Below, in pieces: positions 18,611-27,942 of a stretch of DNA of 52,768 nt. The position numbers and the translations under genes are program-made. Within the stretch, counting starts at the first letter, position 1, and every line of letters starts with the position of its first letter. This stretch comes from a virus. The notes under the pieces were generated by a model. That model worked only from the letters and a program-made list of their open reading frames with translations, was not told the DNA's origin and made no database searches. The stretch is taken from IMG/VR virus record IMGVR_UViG_3300045988_047893; one strand, 5' to 3'.

Positions 18611-19680
18611 TGGTACTGACAGCAGCGAGACCCAAAGGAAGGCAGGCTGCGGTTCTTCTGACCTACGAGAAAACCGATATTTCGGAAGAAATCGCACCTG
18701 ATCTGGAAAGTTTCAAGTACACGGATGTGGCTGAATCCAAAAGCGACAGTGTGAGCATTACAGTCAATGCCAAAGCTGCCAAATGGAAAAATGACTGGAT
18801 GCCGGAAAAGGGCGTGAAGCTCTACCCGGCTATTGTTGTAAAGGACTGGAATATCGGGGGCATTGAGAGCGGCTACAGAGATTACAGCGCCGAGTGCGGG
18901 GCATTCGTGCTGGATGATCTTAGTTTTGCCGGTGCACCTGATTCGCTGACGATGGGCGGCGTGGCAAAGCCGAACGACACCAGCTTCAGCGAGAGAAACC
19001 GGACCTTTACATGGAAGAACACCAGCGTAAAGAAAATCGCTGAAACCATTGCAGGCCGTTACAAATTGGAGCTGAAGTTTGAGGGAGACGACCACGGCAT
19101 TGATGCAAAGGAACAGGACGGAACAGATAGTGCCTTTCTGCAAGATCTGTGCAGCACCTATGCACTGGTTATCAAAGTCTACACTTCAAAGCTCTGGGTG
19201 TACGACCGGGAAAAGTACAAGGCGAAAGATCCTGTATGGACGGTATATGAGAGCCGGCCCGTTGGAAATCCGACGGCCCTGTGCGTAGAGCCGGGAAGTT
19301 TCAAGTGGAACACAAAGCTGACTGGAACATACACGGGCGGCCTTTATACCTACACCAACAAACAGAAAAAAATCAATATCAACGTCAAGGTGGGCACGGA
19401 CGAACGCCAGCTTAAACTTACTGGAAAGGTAAGCAGCGAGGCAGACGCAAAAGCCCGCCTGATAGCGGCCATCAAGAATGCCAACCACGGAGCAACCCAG
19501 ATCAGTTTTACGATGTTGGGCTATCCGGCCGGCGCTTCAGCGCAGTGCTTTAACCTAGTTGGCTATGGAAAGATGGACGGAAAGTATTTCGTTGATCAGA
19601 TGGAACACAGCATATCTCCATCCAGCGGCTACAAAACACAGGTCAAGGCCAGCAAAGTGGAAAAGGAGGATTTCGCATGA
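18607..19680 (+). CDS. Tail/baseplate hub protein (P2 gpD / Mu gpP-like)
   Basis: 357 aa. The call rests on position and size. Translationally coupled to its neighbours. Confidence 0.7.
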   Translation: MMVLTAARPKGRQAAVLLTYEKTDISEEIAPDLESFKYTDVAESKSDSVSITVNAKAAKWKNDWMPEKGVKLYPAIVVKDWNIGGIESGYRDYSAECGAFVLDDLSFAGAPDSLTMGGVAKPNDTSFSERNRTFTWKNTSVKKIAETIAGRYKLELKFEGDDHGIDAKEQDGTDSAFLQDLCSTYALVIKVYTSKLWVYDREKYKAKDPVWTVYESRPVGNPTALCVEPGSFKWNTKLTGTYTGGLYTYTNKQKKININVKVGTDERQLKLTGKVSSEADAKARLIAAIKNANHGATQISFTMLGYPAGASAQCFNLVGYGKMDGKYFVDQMEHSISPSSGYKTQVKASKVEKEDFA

Positions 19681-20285
19681 GCAGTGAAGTGAGATTCGGC
19701 AATGTGAGTTCTATCGACTATGAGGCTGGAAAGTGCGAAGTTACTTACCCAGACAGGGACGACACCGTTACGGAAATGGTGCCGTTTCTGTCCAATGGCG
19801 AGTACCAGACACCGGAAGTTGATGATCTTGTGCTTGTCCTGCATCCAGGAGAAAGCCCGGAGGATGCTGTTGTGGTGGGCACCGTCTGGAATGAAAAGAA
19901 CAAACCGCCTGAAGGAAAAGAAAAAGTCTACCGAAAGGATTATGCCAACTCACGAGGAAAGGCATATCGGAAGTTTGATGCAAATGCAAAAGAACTGACC
20001 GACTATGTGGACGGAAAGAAAATCCTGAAGGCAAAAAGTCTTGAGATCCAGGTAGGCGGTGCAACCGTGACCATCAGCGAGGGCGGAGAAATCAAGGTGA
20101 CATCCCCGGCGGGGATCACGCTTGCAGCATCCGGCGAATTGAAAATGACGGCATCGACCATCAATGCGACCGCTGGAACAGTGAACATCCAGGGCGGAGG
20201 TGGCGATGTTGTTGTGTCCGGAAAATCGCTGGTATCGCATACGCACACCGGAAACCTTGGCAAGAAAACATCCGCACCCCTGTAA
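19677..20285 (+). CDS. Baseplate assembly protein V (spike/hub)
   Basis: RFGNVSSIDYEAGKCEVTYPDRDD..LVLVLHPGE is an OB-fold gpV-like N-terminus. Confidence 0.7.
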   Translation: MSSEVRFGNVSSIDYEAGKCEVTYPDRDDTVTEMVPFLSNGEYQTPEVDDLVLVLHPGESPEDAVVVGTVWNEKNKPPEGKEKVYRKDYANSRGKAYRKFDANAKELTDYVDGKKILKAKSLEIQVGGATVTISEGGEIKVTSPAGITLAASGELKMTASTINATAGTVNIQGGGGDVVVSGKSLVSHTHTGNLGKKTSAPL

Positions 20286-20297
20286 GGAGGTTTTGGA

Positions 20298-20690
20298 ATG
20301 TATGTTGGAATTTTCGGCGATGTGATTTTCTCCGTGGGACACCTGCGTGTGCTCACCCCGTCAAACTTCAAGGGAACGACCGGCGCAAACTGGGCGGAAC
20401 ATGAAGTTCTGGGAGGGAAAGCACGGGCAGAGTATTTATCACCGAAACTGAGAGAGTACACCTTTGATATTCTTCTGGATGCAGCACTCGGCGTGAATCC
20501 TCGCAAGATGCTGAACCGTCTGACAGAAATGTCAGAGAATGGAGAGATTCATTACCTGATTATCGGGTTTGCACCGGTATCGCAAAACAAGTTTCGGGTC
20601 ACTGAAATAAGCGACAGCTGGGATTCGGTGATAAAACACGGGCTTTTGATGCAGTGCAAGGTGAGCCTGACCATAAAGGAGTACATATGA
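20298..20690 (+). CDS. Tail protein, P2 GpU-like
   Basis: 130 aa. FKGTTGANWAEHEVLGGKARAEYLSPKLREYTFDILLD pattern. Confidence 0.5.
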   Translation: MYVGIFGDVIFSVGHLRVLTPSNFKGTTGANWAEHEVLGGKARAEYLSPKLREYTFDILLDAALGVNPRKMLNRLTEMSENGEIHYLIIGFAPVSQNKFRVTEISDSWDSVIKHGLLMQCKVSLTIKEYI

Positions 20691-21004
20691 TCGACTTCAG
20701 CAGCACGGTGGTTGAGCTGTCCGGTGACAGCGAAAAACAAAAAGAAGTGCAGGACATTGCAAAGTGCCTTCGCACACTGTATTCCACACCAATCGGGAGC
20801 CAAGAGGGCGACAGAGAACTCGGAATCAATCCAAACATATTTGTCGATAAGCCACTTCCGGTGGCAAAGGGATTATATGTGGCTGAGGTAACAGAGAAAA
20901 CCGCATCGTTTGAGCCGCGGGCAAGAGTGGTGCGGGTGGACTGGCTGGACAGTGATGTGCTGCATGGCGTTGTAATTCCAAAGGTGGTGTACGAGCTTGT
21001 CTAA
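20687..21004 (+). CDS. Baseplate wedge protein W (gp25-like)
   Basis: ATGA overlap with the upstream stop. About 105 aa. LRTLYSTPIGSQEGDRELGIN pattern of GPW/gp25. Confidence 0.65.
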   Translation: MIDFSSTVVELSGDSEKQKEVQDIAKCLRTLYSTPIGSQEGDRELGINPNIFVDKPLPVAKGLYVAEVTEKTASFEPRARVVRVDWLDSDVLHGVVIPKVVYELV

Positions 21005-22142
21005 AATAAAAGAGTTTGAGAACATCCCGGACATCGACATTGAAGGCGAAGAAACGCTGGAAGAAGCTGTGGCCGATTGCAAGGCACTGTTTGGCAAGTA
21101 CAACAAAGAACTTTTCAACGGTGAGGTATCGTTGGAACGGTGTTCTGAAGCACGGCTTGTCCTTTTGACACTGGCACATCGTTCGCATCACAACATGGAG
21201 TACAGCACGGCGTGTCTGAAAGCGGAACTGCTGCCTACGAGCACGGGGCCAAATTTGGACAACCTTGCTCCGCTTGTTGGAGTGGAACGCCTGGAAGCCG
21301 GAAAAGCCACGGCGGTTATTCGATTCACACTGTCTGCGCCGAGAACGAGTGCAACCGGAATCCCGGAAGGAACACAGGTGAGAACGGCAGACAAACGGTA
21401 TTTCAAAACCGAAAAGTATGCGGAGATCTTACCCGGCGAACTGACCGTGGACGTAGTTGCCGTGGCGGATGAGGCAGGAAGCAACAGCGATGGGATTGCC
21501 GAAGGCGAAATCAATGTGCTGGTGGATCCTATCCCGTATGTGTCCGGGGCAAAAAGTGTTTCGGCAAGCACGGGCGGTACGGATACGGAAGGTGACGATT
21601 CATTTACCAGACGTATCAACTATGCACCTTCGATTTTCTCCGTGGCCGGTCCGGTGGATGCCTATGAATACTTTGCATCGAGCTGGCGGTCCGATGTGGC
21701 AGATACGAAGATCGTTTGCAAGGAAGGATACACGATCCACGTTTACTTTCTGATGGCCGGAGGCAGAGTTCCGACAAGGGAAGAATGTACCGGAATGCAG
21801 GAATATTTCGACACGGTAAAGCGCCCGATGGGTGATCTGGTTCTTTGCCATGCGCCGGAAGAAATCCCGTATGACATCGAGCTTACTTACCATATTGCCT
21901 TGAGCAATGTCAAGAATGCATCGACGATTCAGGAAAATGTGGAAGCAGCTGTGAAGGAGTATGAAACCTGGCAGAGAAAAATCGGCCGGGACATCGAACC
22001 GGCGGAGCTGATTATGCGTGTACGGGAAGCTGGTGCGAAACGCCCACGTCTGTTGACACCGGTCGAAACAACCGTCTCCGAAATTCAGGTGGCAAAGCTC
22101 CGAAGCTGCAAGGTGACATACGGAGGAATCGAAGATGATTGA
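20997..22142 (+). CDS. Baseplate J-like protein
   Basis: 381 aa with a TTG start. Follows the W-like gene and precedes the I-like gene. Confidence 0.75.
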   Translation: MSKIKEFENIPDIDIEGEETLEEAVADCKALFGKYNKELFNGEVSLERCSEARLVLLTLAHRSHHNMEYSTACLKAELLPTSTGPNLDNLAPLVGVERLEAGKATAVIRFTLSAPRTSATGIPEGTQVRTADKRYFKTEKYAEILPGELTVDVVAVADEAGSNSDGIAEGEINVLVDPIPYVSGAKSVSASTGGTDTEGDDSFTRRINYAPSIFSVAGPVDAYEYFASSWRSDVADTKIVCKEGYTIHVYFLMAGGRVPTREECTGMQEYFDTVKRPMGDLVLCHAPEEIPYDIELTYHIALSNVKNASTIQENVEAAVKEYETWQRKIGRDIEPAELIMRVREAGAKRPRLLTPVETTVSEIQVAKLRSCKVTYGGIEDD

Positions 22143-22902
22143 ACTCCACGAAGTCGGCCTAGTCGAAGGGCTACCGCCTGATGTTGCCAAAGAGCCATGG
22201 GTACAGATCCTTGATGCAGTTTTCAGGGAGCGGCGCAAGAAGGAACTGGAAGCTGCCGAACGCTTGAAAATCTACACGGATATTGACCGTGCAGATGAGG
22301 CGGTTCTGGATATTCTTGCGGTTCAGTTCCGCGTTGACTGGTACGACACCAGCTATCCGATTGAAACAAAGCGCAGGATCATCAAAACTGCGCTGGAAGT
22401 CCGTCGGTACTGCGGAACGGAGTGGGCAGTCCAAAAGGCGCTGTCCTCGATTTATCCGAATGTGAAGATAAGTGAATGGTATGACTACGGAGGAAGGCCG
22501 GGCTACTGGCGAATGAACGTAGACATTACCGATGATGGTGTCATTTACTACACACCGGAAGAAATTGAAAAGCGCCTTGGTTATGCCCGGCGCTGTACCG
22601 CTCACCTTGAGCACATCATCTACATCGTCGAACCGCATGAACGGTCGCCCGCTTATATCGCCGCCGCACCCTGCGGCATGGCGACATCCTGCACCGTAAA
22701 GGTCCCCGGTAGGATCAAGCCGCGGGAAATCGGCGCAAAGGCGTATGTTGCCGGTGCGGTCGGAAGATCGAAAATGCAGGTTGCCGTGGCGCTGCCCGGT
22801 GCCGTTGAAGCAAAGGCAGTGAAAGCACGAGCCTTTACGGCGGGCACCGTTGAACGGTCGCACACGGCGATAAACATTGTTATTGGAGGACAGACAACGT
22901 GA
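22135..22902 (+). CDS. Tail protein I (baseplate)
   Basis: AVLDILAVQFRVDWYDTSYPIETKRRIIKTALEVRRYCGTEWAV matches the P2 gpI pattern. Confidence 0.75.
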   Translation: MIELHEVGLVEGLPPDVAKEPWVQILDAVFRERRKKELEAAERLKIYTDIDRADEAVLDILAVQFRVDWYDTSYPIETKRRIIKTALEVRRYCGTEWAVQKALSSIYPNVKISEWYDYGGRPGYWRMNVDITDDGVIYYTPEEIEKRLGYARRCTAHLEHIIYIVEPHERSPAYIAAAPCGMATSCTVKVPGRIKPREIGAKAYVAGAVGRSKMQVAVALPGAVEAKAVKARAFTAGTVERSHTAINIVIGGQTT

Positions 22903-24023
22903 GTTGGGAAAAATCTAGCTACACCGCCGCCGGTGCCGCCCTGCTGTCGGAATCTCTCTCCGGTGGTGCGCTGGTAATCACCCGCGCTGTGAGCGGCACC
23001 GGTACGGCTGACGCAGACCTTTCGGGGGAAACCGGGGTAAGCGGCGAAACACATGACCTGAAATTGCTGGACATCGAAACCGTTGAAAGCGGCGGTGAGA
23101 CGGCTCGGCGGGTAAAAATCCAGATCACCGGTGCGGATGAAACGTACATCATGCATCAGGTGGGCGTTTACGGCAGGCTGAACGACGATGCCGAAACACT
23201 CCTGTTTATTATGCAGGATGCACGCGGAGTGGAGGTCCCGTCCACGAAAGTGAACGGCGATTTTGAGATTGAGCTGTCGGCGCTGCTTGCTGTGTCGAAC
23301 AAGGCCAATATCAGCATTACCGTTGACCCGCAGATGCAGGCTCTCGCAAAGATGGTCAAGGCCGAGATCGAGAAGCACAACGCCGCCGCTGATGCCCATG
23401 CAGCGACCATCACGGCAGCGGTCAGCGCAGCCGTGAAGAACCTGTCTGAATCCGGGGAAATCCTGAACGAAGAACAGGTAAAGGCTCTTATCAAGGAACA
23501 GGTGGACGGCGGAACAGGCGGCTACTATGGCTCCTACGAACTCACCCTTGCGGCTGACGGGTGGAAGCCCGCCCGCAGCGAGGATGATTACAAAAACGCT
23601 GGCGGTATGGATTACTACCAGTGCATTTATGACGCAGAACTGTCGGACAGCACCAGCGAGCTTGTACCAGTTGGCGTTGTATCTCCTGGCAGCTTCTATA
23701 CTACGACCAAAGCGGGCGTCCTGAACGGGTGCGAAACGCATGATGGTTTCATCAGATTTTTCGCTCAGCGCATCCCGGAAGCAGATATTCAGGCGACCGT
23801 AACCCTGTTCGGGAAAGGAGGTGGTTCGGGTGAAAACGGTAGCGTAAGCATCGGTCGGGGCTTGAAGCGCGACGCAAGCGGCGCTATTGCCGTCCGCATC
23901 GGCGAAGGCCTTGACTTCGACAGCGCAAACGCGCTGACTGTCCGCAAAGAAACCGTTATGACGAGTGAAGGCCTGCTCGACGAGGAAGAAACGCAGCAGG
24001 AAATCGTTGATATGCTGAAATAA
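22899..24023 (+). CDS. Tail fibre protein (tail-collar N-terminus)
   Basis: GTG start. YTAAGAALLSESLSGGALVITRAVSGTG..HQVGVYGRLNDD resembles the P2 gpH-type N-terminal domain. Confidence 0.65.
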   Translation: MSWEKSSYTAAGAALLSESLSGGALVITRAVSGTGTADADLSGETGVSGETHDLKLLDIETVESGGETARRVKIQITGADETYIMHQVGVYGRLNDDAETLLFIMQDARGVEVPSTKVNGDFEIELSALLAVSNKANISITVDPQMQALAKMVKAEIEKHNAAADAHAATITAAVSAAVKNLSESGEILNEEQVKALIKEQVDGGTGGYYGSYELTLAADGWKPARSEDDYKNAGGMDYYQCIYDAELSDSTSELVPVGVVSPGSFYTTTKAGVLNGCETHDGFIRFFAQRIPEADIQATVTLFGKGGGSGENGSVSIGRGLKRDASGAIAVRIGEGLDFDSANALTVRKETVMTSEGLLDEEETQQEIVDMLK

Positions 24024-24041
24024 TTTTAGGAGGACACTACT

Positions 24042-24917
24042 ATGTCTAAGCGGATTTCTACCAAGACCACCATCCGCAACCTGACCGCCGAGATCAAGAA
24101 GACCTTCGTCAAGAAGGACGCTTTCACCCCGGTCGAGACCGCTGCCAACGCCGCCATTAAGGCCGTGAAGGTGACCGGTAACACCGTCAACTTCTACACC
24201 AACACCGGCATGACCGGCGCAGCTGCTTTCTCCATGGACTTCCCGACCGAGATGTTCCTCGACCAGACCAAGACCGCGTTCGTCGGCAAGTTCAAGTTCT
24301 CCGACACCACCTATCCCGGCGCCACCGACCCCAAGCTGGACGGCAAGCCGGTCATGGTTCTGGCCGTCAAGGGTGAGAACCCCGACAGCTGCACCTACTC
24401 TTTCCTGAACATGGCTGCTCTGGTCGATACCTACGCCGCAAAGACCACCGGCAAGGATGCATCCACCACCGTTACCATCGCTGGTTATGAGGTGGATGTC
24501 AAGGTCAATGTTTCCGCTGCTGTCGGCAACGCCCTGATTCTGAAGGATGATGGTCTGTATGTTCCCACCCCTAAGGAAGTGGACATCTCCGGCAAGGCCG
24601 ATAAGGTCACCGGTGCCACCACCGGCAACTTTGCTGCGCTGGATGGCGAGGGCAATCTGACCGACAGCGGCAAGAAGCCTGCGGACTTCGTGGGCGCCGA
24701 GGCTGGCAAGCGCCTGATGAGCGATGCCGAGGGCGAAAAGCTGGCCGGTGTCTCTGAGGGCGCAACCAAGACTGCCGCCAGCTCCACCAACGGCAATGTG
24801 AACATCGACGGCAAGGAAGTCGTCGTGTACACCGAGCCGGAGAATGTTCTGCACGACGAGGACGTGGAGGACTTCTCCGCAGAGGAGATCGCCGCTCTGC
24901 TGGCTGACGCTGACTAA
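24042..24917 (+). CDS. Tail fibre or receptor-binding associated protein
   Basis: 291 aa. GNFAALDGEGNLTDSGKKPADF and KRLMSDAEGEKLAGV are fibre-type repeats. Confidence 0.5.
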   Translation: MSKRISTKTTIRNLTAEIKKTFVKKDAFTPVETAANAAIKAVKVTGNTVNFYTNTGMTGAAAFSMDFPTEMFLDQTKTAFVGKFKFSDTTYPGATDPKLDGKPVMVLAVKGENPDSCTYSFLNMAALVDTYAAKTTGKDASTTVTIAGYEVDVKVNVSAAVGNALILKDDGLYVPTPKEVDISGKADKVTGATTGNFAALDGEGNLTDSGKKPADFVGAEAGKRLMSDAEGEKLAGVSEGATKTAASSTNGNVNIDGKEVVVYTEPENVLHDEDVEDFSAEEIAALLADAD

Positions 24918-24937
24918 GACATGAGGAGGTAAGCTCT

Positions 24938-25408
24938 ATGGCAAAAGCGAAGGTCAAAACGCTTTTGGGCACAGGGCTTGCCGCGCTTTGCAGCCACATC
25001 AAGCAGTGCAACACCGCACTCGGAGACCTTTCCGAAGCAACGGCAAACGGATTCGAGGAAACCGATGACATCCTGCACGAAAAGCAGGACGTCACGGCTG
25101 CGGTGTCTTTTACGATTCCGGTCGATGGCTGGGGCGAGGATGATTCCTCCCCCGGCTATTTTTATTGTGACATCCCCATTGCGGGCCTGTTGGCTACCGA
25201 CATTGTGGATGTTACGGTACTGCCGGAATTTTACGATGTGGCGGGTGCGGTGGGCTTTATTGCGACCGAAAGCCTCGAAGGAAAGCTGCGGCTGAGGGCC
25301 GCCAAAGCTCCGACCGAGAAAATTTCTGCACAGTATCACATTACAAGCACCGTGAAATACACGGCTGCACAGGAAGGGGGGAACCTAAATGGCATACGGT
25401 TCTTTTAA
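24938..25408 (+). CDS. Hypothetical protein in the fibre module
   Basis: 156-aa ORF with an AGGAGG RBS. No family recognised. Confidence 0.45.
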   Translation: MAKAKVKTLLGTGLAALCSHIKQCNTALGDLSEATANGFEETDDILHEKQDVTAAVSFTIPVDGWGEDDSSPGYFYCDIPIAGLLATDIVDVTVLPEFYDVAGAVGFIATESLEGKLRLRAAKAPTEKISAQYHITSTVKYTAAQEGGNLNGIRFF

Positions 25409-25775
25409 CGCAGGCCCCGGCAAGGCGCCGGATGAAGATGTTGTCCGCACTAACCAGATCGGCGTGCCGGGCGGCATTGCCACGCTGGATGCTGACGGCC
25501 ATTTGACCGAATCGCAGCGTCCGGCGGTGGACGCATACACCAAGGCTGAAACCGACCAGCGCATCAGCGCGGCCGTTGACAACCACAACGGTGCGGAGAA
25601 CACCCACAGCGACATCCGTGCCAGTGTGGCAGCTATGAACGCCAGCATCAAGGCCATTGAGCTGAAGTTCGGCACAAACGTGACGAAAAATCCTTTTTCC
25701 GCCACGTTCAGCAGCCTTGACGGCCTGACCGTCACCGGCGTGTGGAACGCAGAACAGGCGAGGGTGGAGTTCTGA
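25389..25775 (+). CDS. Fibre-like protein
   Basis: GVPGGIATLDADGHLTESQRP is a motif common in phage fibre proteins. Confidence 0.5.
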   Translation: MAYGSFNAGPGKAPDEDVVRTNQIGVPGGIATLDADGHLTESQRPAVDAYTKAETDQRISAAVDNHNGAENTHSDIRASVAAMNASIKAIELKFGTNVTKNPFSATFSSLDGLTVTGVWNAEQARVEF

Positions 25776-26350
25776 TGGCTGAAACATTCAAGGTCGGCGC
25801 GAATGCGCGGGAGCTGCTGCGGTACACCCAGAGGGCAACCCGCATTGTCACCGACGACATCAGCCGGAGCGATGCCCGGAAGATCATCCAGAAAGTCGCG
25901 GCGCTCGAAGATGTGCGCGACATCCAGAAGGTGTGCGGCACTGCCGTCCATGCACTCGACACACGGGACAGGGAGGGCTTTTCCAAAAGCACTTTCCGTC
26001 TGTACGGTGAGGGCATCCGGCTGACTGCCCGGCAAATCCTGCTGGATGCACATGCGGCGAACAACGTCAATTTCCAGACCGACTACGACAAGCGCGTTGA
26101 GAAGATCGGCGCGGTCGTGGACGGCTGCTCTCTGCTGCTGGAATACCTGACCATCTGCACGGAGGAAGGTATCATCAGTGCGAAGAAAGCCGGTATCTGG
26201 ACAAAGAAGGTCACGGACGTAAAATACCCGGCGATGAAGTGGCTCACGTCGGAACGCGGACGTGCCGAAAAACTCCGGGCAGAAGCGGAACGGAAACGGC
26301 TGACCGAACAGGCTGCCGCCCTGAAAGCCGTCCTTTACCCGGAACCGTAA
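25775..26350 (+). CDS. avd: DGR accessory variability determinant (Avd-like four-helix bundle)
   Basis: ATGA-coupled start at 25775. Basic helical protein (ARELLRYTQRATRIV.., RLYGEGIRLTARQILLDAHAAN.., LLEYLTICTEEGIISAKK). Lies immediately upstream of the TR and RT. Confidence 0.55.
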   Translation: MAETFKVGANARELLRYTQRATRIVTDDISRSDARKIIQKVAALEDVRDIQKVCGTAVHALDTRDREGFSKSTFRLYGEGIRLTARQILLDAHAANNVNFQTDYDKRVEKIGAVVDGCSLLLEYLTICTEEGIISAKKAGIWTKKVTDVKYPAMKWLTSERGRAEKLRAEAERKRLTEQAAALKAVLYPEP

Positions 26351-26410
26351 ACGCACAGCGGGCAACCGCTTTGCATAAAGGGTGCGGTTTGTTTGTCTGA
26401 CGCTGCCATT

Positions 26411-26520
26411 TGGTGGCTGCGCTCTCCGAACACCAACAATAACAACAACGTCTGGAACGTCAACACCGATGGCTCCAACAACAACAACTGGTACTACAAC
26501 TCCTATGGTGTTCGCCCCGC
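26411..26520 (+). repeat. DGR template repeat (TR)
   Basis: 110 nt. Read in the VR frame it has 12 AAC/AAT codons. It aligns to 28441-28550 and 39811-39909, with differences almost only at TR adenines. Confidence 0.85.
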
Positions 26521-26691
26521 TCTGATGGAACCGTGTGACGAGTAGGCATAAGCTGAAAGCAGTGCGCCCATCAAAGGAAACCGCATCCTGTCGCTTGCCG
26601 ATGCAGGCAAGTGATAAATACATCCCGCTGAGGTGGGCCATCCCTGCCGGATGCAGCCCACTACCGTAACGCGAACCAGCGGAGGGTCATT

Positions 26692-27922
26692 TTGACATAC
26701 GAAGAACTGTGCAGCTTTGAGGTACTTTACAAAGCCTACCTTGAAGCCCGGAAGGGAAAGCGCAGTAAAAGCAAAACAATCGAGTACGAGGCGCAGGCGC
26801 TGGCCTGCACGGAAAAGCTCTCCCGTAAGCTGGCTGTCTGCAATGTGCGGCAGCCAGACGGGAGCATTCGGCAGCAGATACGCTATGTGCCAAGTAAGTT
26901 TGAGGTCTTTGCCGTCTACGAGCCGAAGCGCCGCATGGTACACGCCCCCGCATTTGTGGACAAGGTGGTGCTGCACGCTCTGGTCGATAACATCCTGTAT
27001 GATGCCCTGACAAAGAGCTTTATCCGGGACAGCCACGCCAGCCAGACCGGAAAAAGGCACAGACGACGGCCTGATGCGCCTGAAAACCCACATGGTGGAC
27101 TATTACCGCCGTGAGGGCCACGGCGCGGACGGCTGGGTGCTGAAAGGCGACGTGCGGCATTTCTTCGCCAGCATCGACCACCGGAAGTTAAAACGCAAGC
27201 TCAAGGCCGTGCTGGACAAGCGCGGCGTTGACCCGCGTGTCTATGAGCTGCTTTGCATCTACATCGACGTGATGGAGGACGGCTTGCCGCTGGGCTACCA
27301 GACGAGCCAGCTCTTTGCGCTGATGTTTTTGGATGAGTTCGACCACATCATCAAAGAAAAGTACCGCATCAAATACTATGGCCGATACATGGATGATTTC
27401 TATATCATCTGTTCGGACAAGAAGAAATTGCAGTGCATTCTCCGGGATGTTCGGGCGCTCATGGACAGTTACGGCCTTGAGCTGAACCAGAAAACCGCCA
27501 TCTTCCCGCTGCGGAACGGTATTGATTTTCTGGGATTCCATAGCTACCTGAACAACACCGGCGCGGTCATCCAAAAGCTGCGCCGGGATAGCTCCAAGCG
27601 GATGAAGAACAAAATCAGATATTGGGAGACGGCATACCCCGCAGGCGAAGTGACCAAGCAGGAAATCCTGCGGAGCTTTGATGCGTGGGATGCCCATGCC
27701 GCCCATGGTGATACTTACTCTTTACGCCGCAAGTACGCTGACCGGCTCGAAAAATTGCTTGACTGTAAAATCCCTATCCATCGAAAAATCAACTCGAACA
27801 AACTCGCGCGTGACAGACGACGGGCGAGGCAATGCCGCTGCATCTACAAGAAGCAGCACAAAGCCCTGTCCCTCTCTGTATCGCAGAACACGCGGCCTGC
27901 GGAGATCATGCCGTGGGTCTGA
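26692..27922 (+). CDS. DGR reverse transcriptase, with the reading frame broken at an A5 run
   Basis: ORF 26692-27114 (TTG start, GGAGGG RBS) and ORF 27074-27922 are joined if A5 (27051-27055) is read as A4: ..DSHASQTGKGTDDGLMRLK... LPLGYQTSQ (IGxxxSQ-type) and RYMDDFYII (YxDD) motifs. Confidence 0.8.
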
Positions 27923-27942
27923 ACGAAAACAAGGAGGTAACA

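Noticed and set aside
27832-27942. ORF-track start of the DGR target at 27832
   Set aside because: It overlaps the 3' end of the RT gene and has no RBS. ATG 27943 is preceded by AAGGAGG
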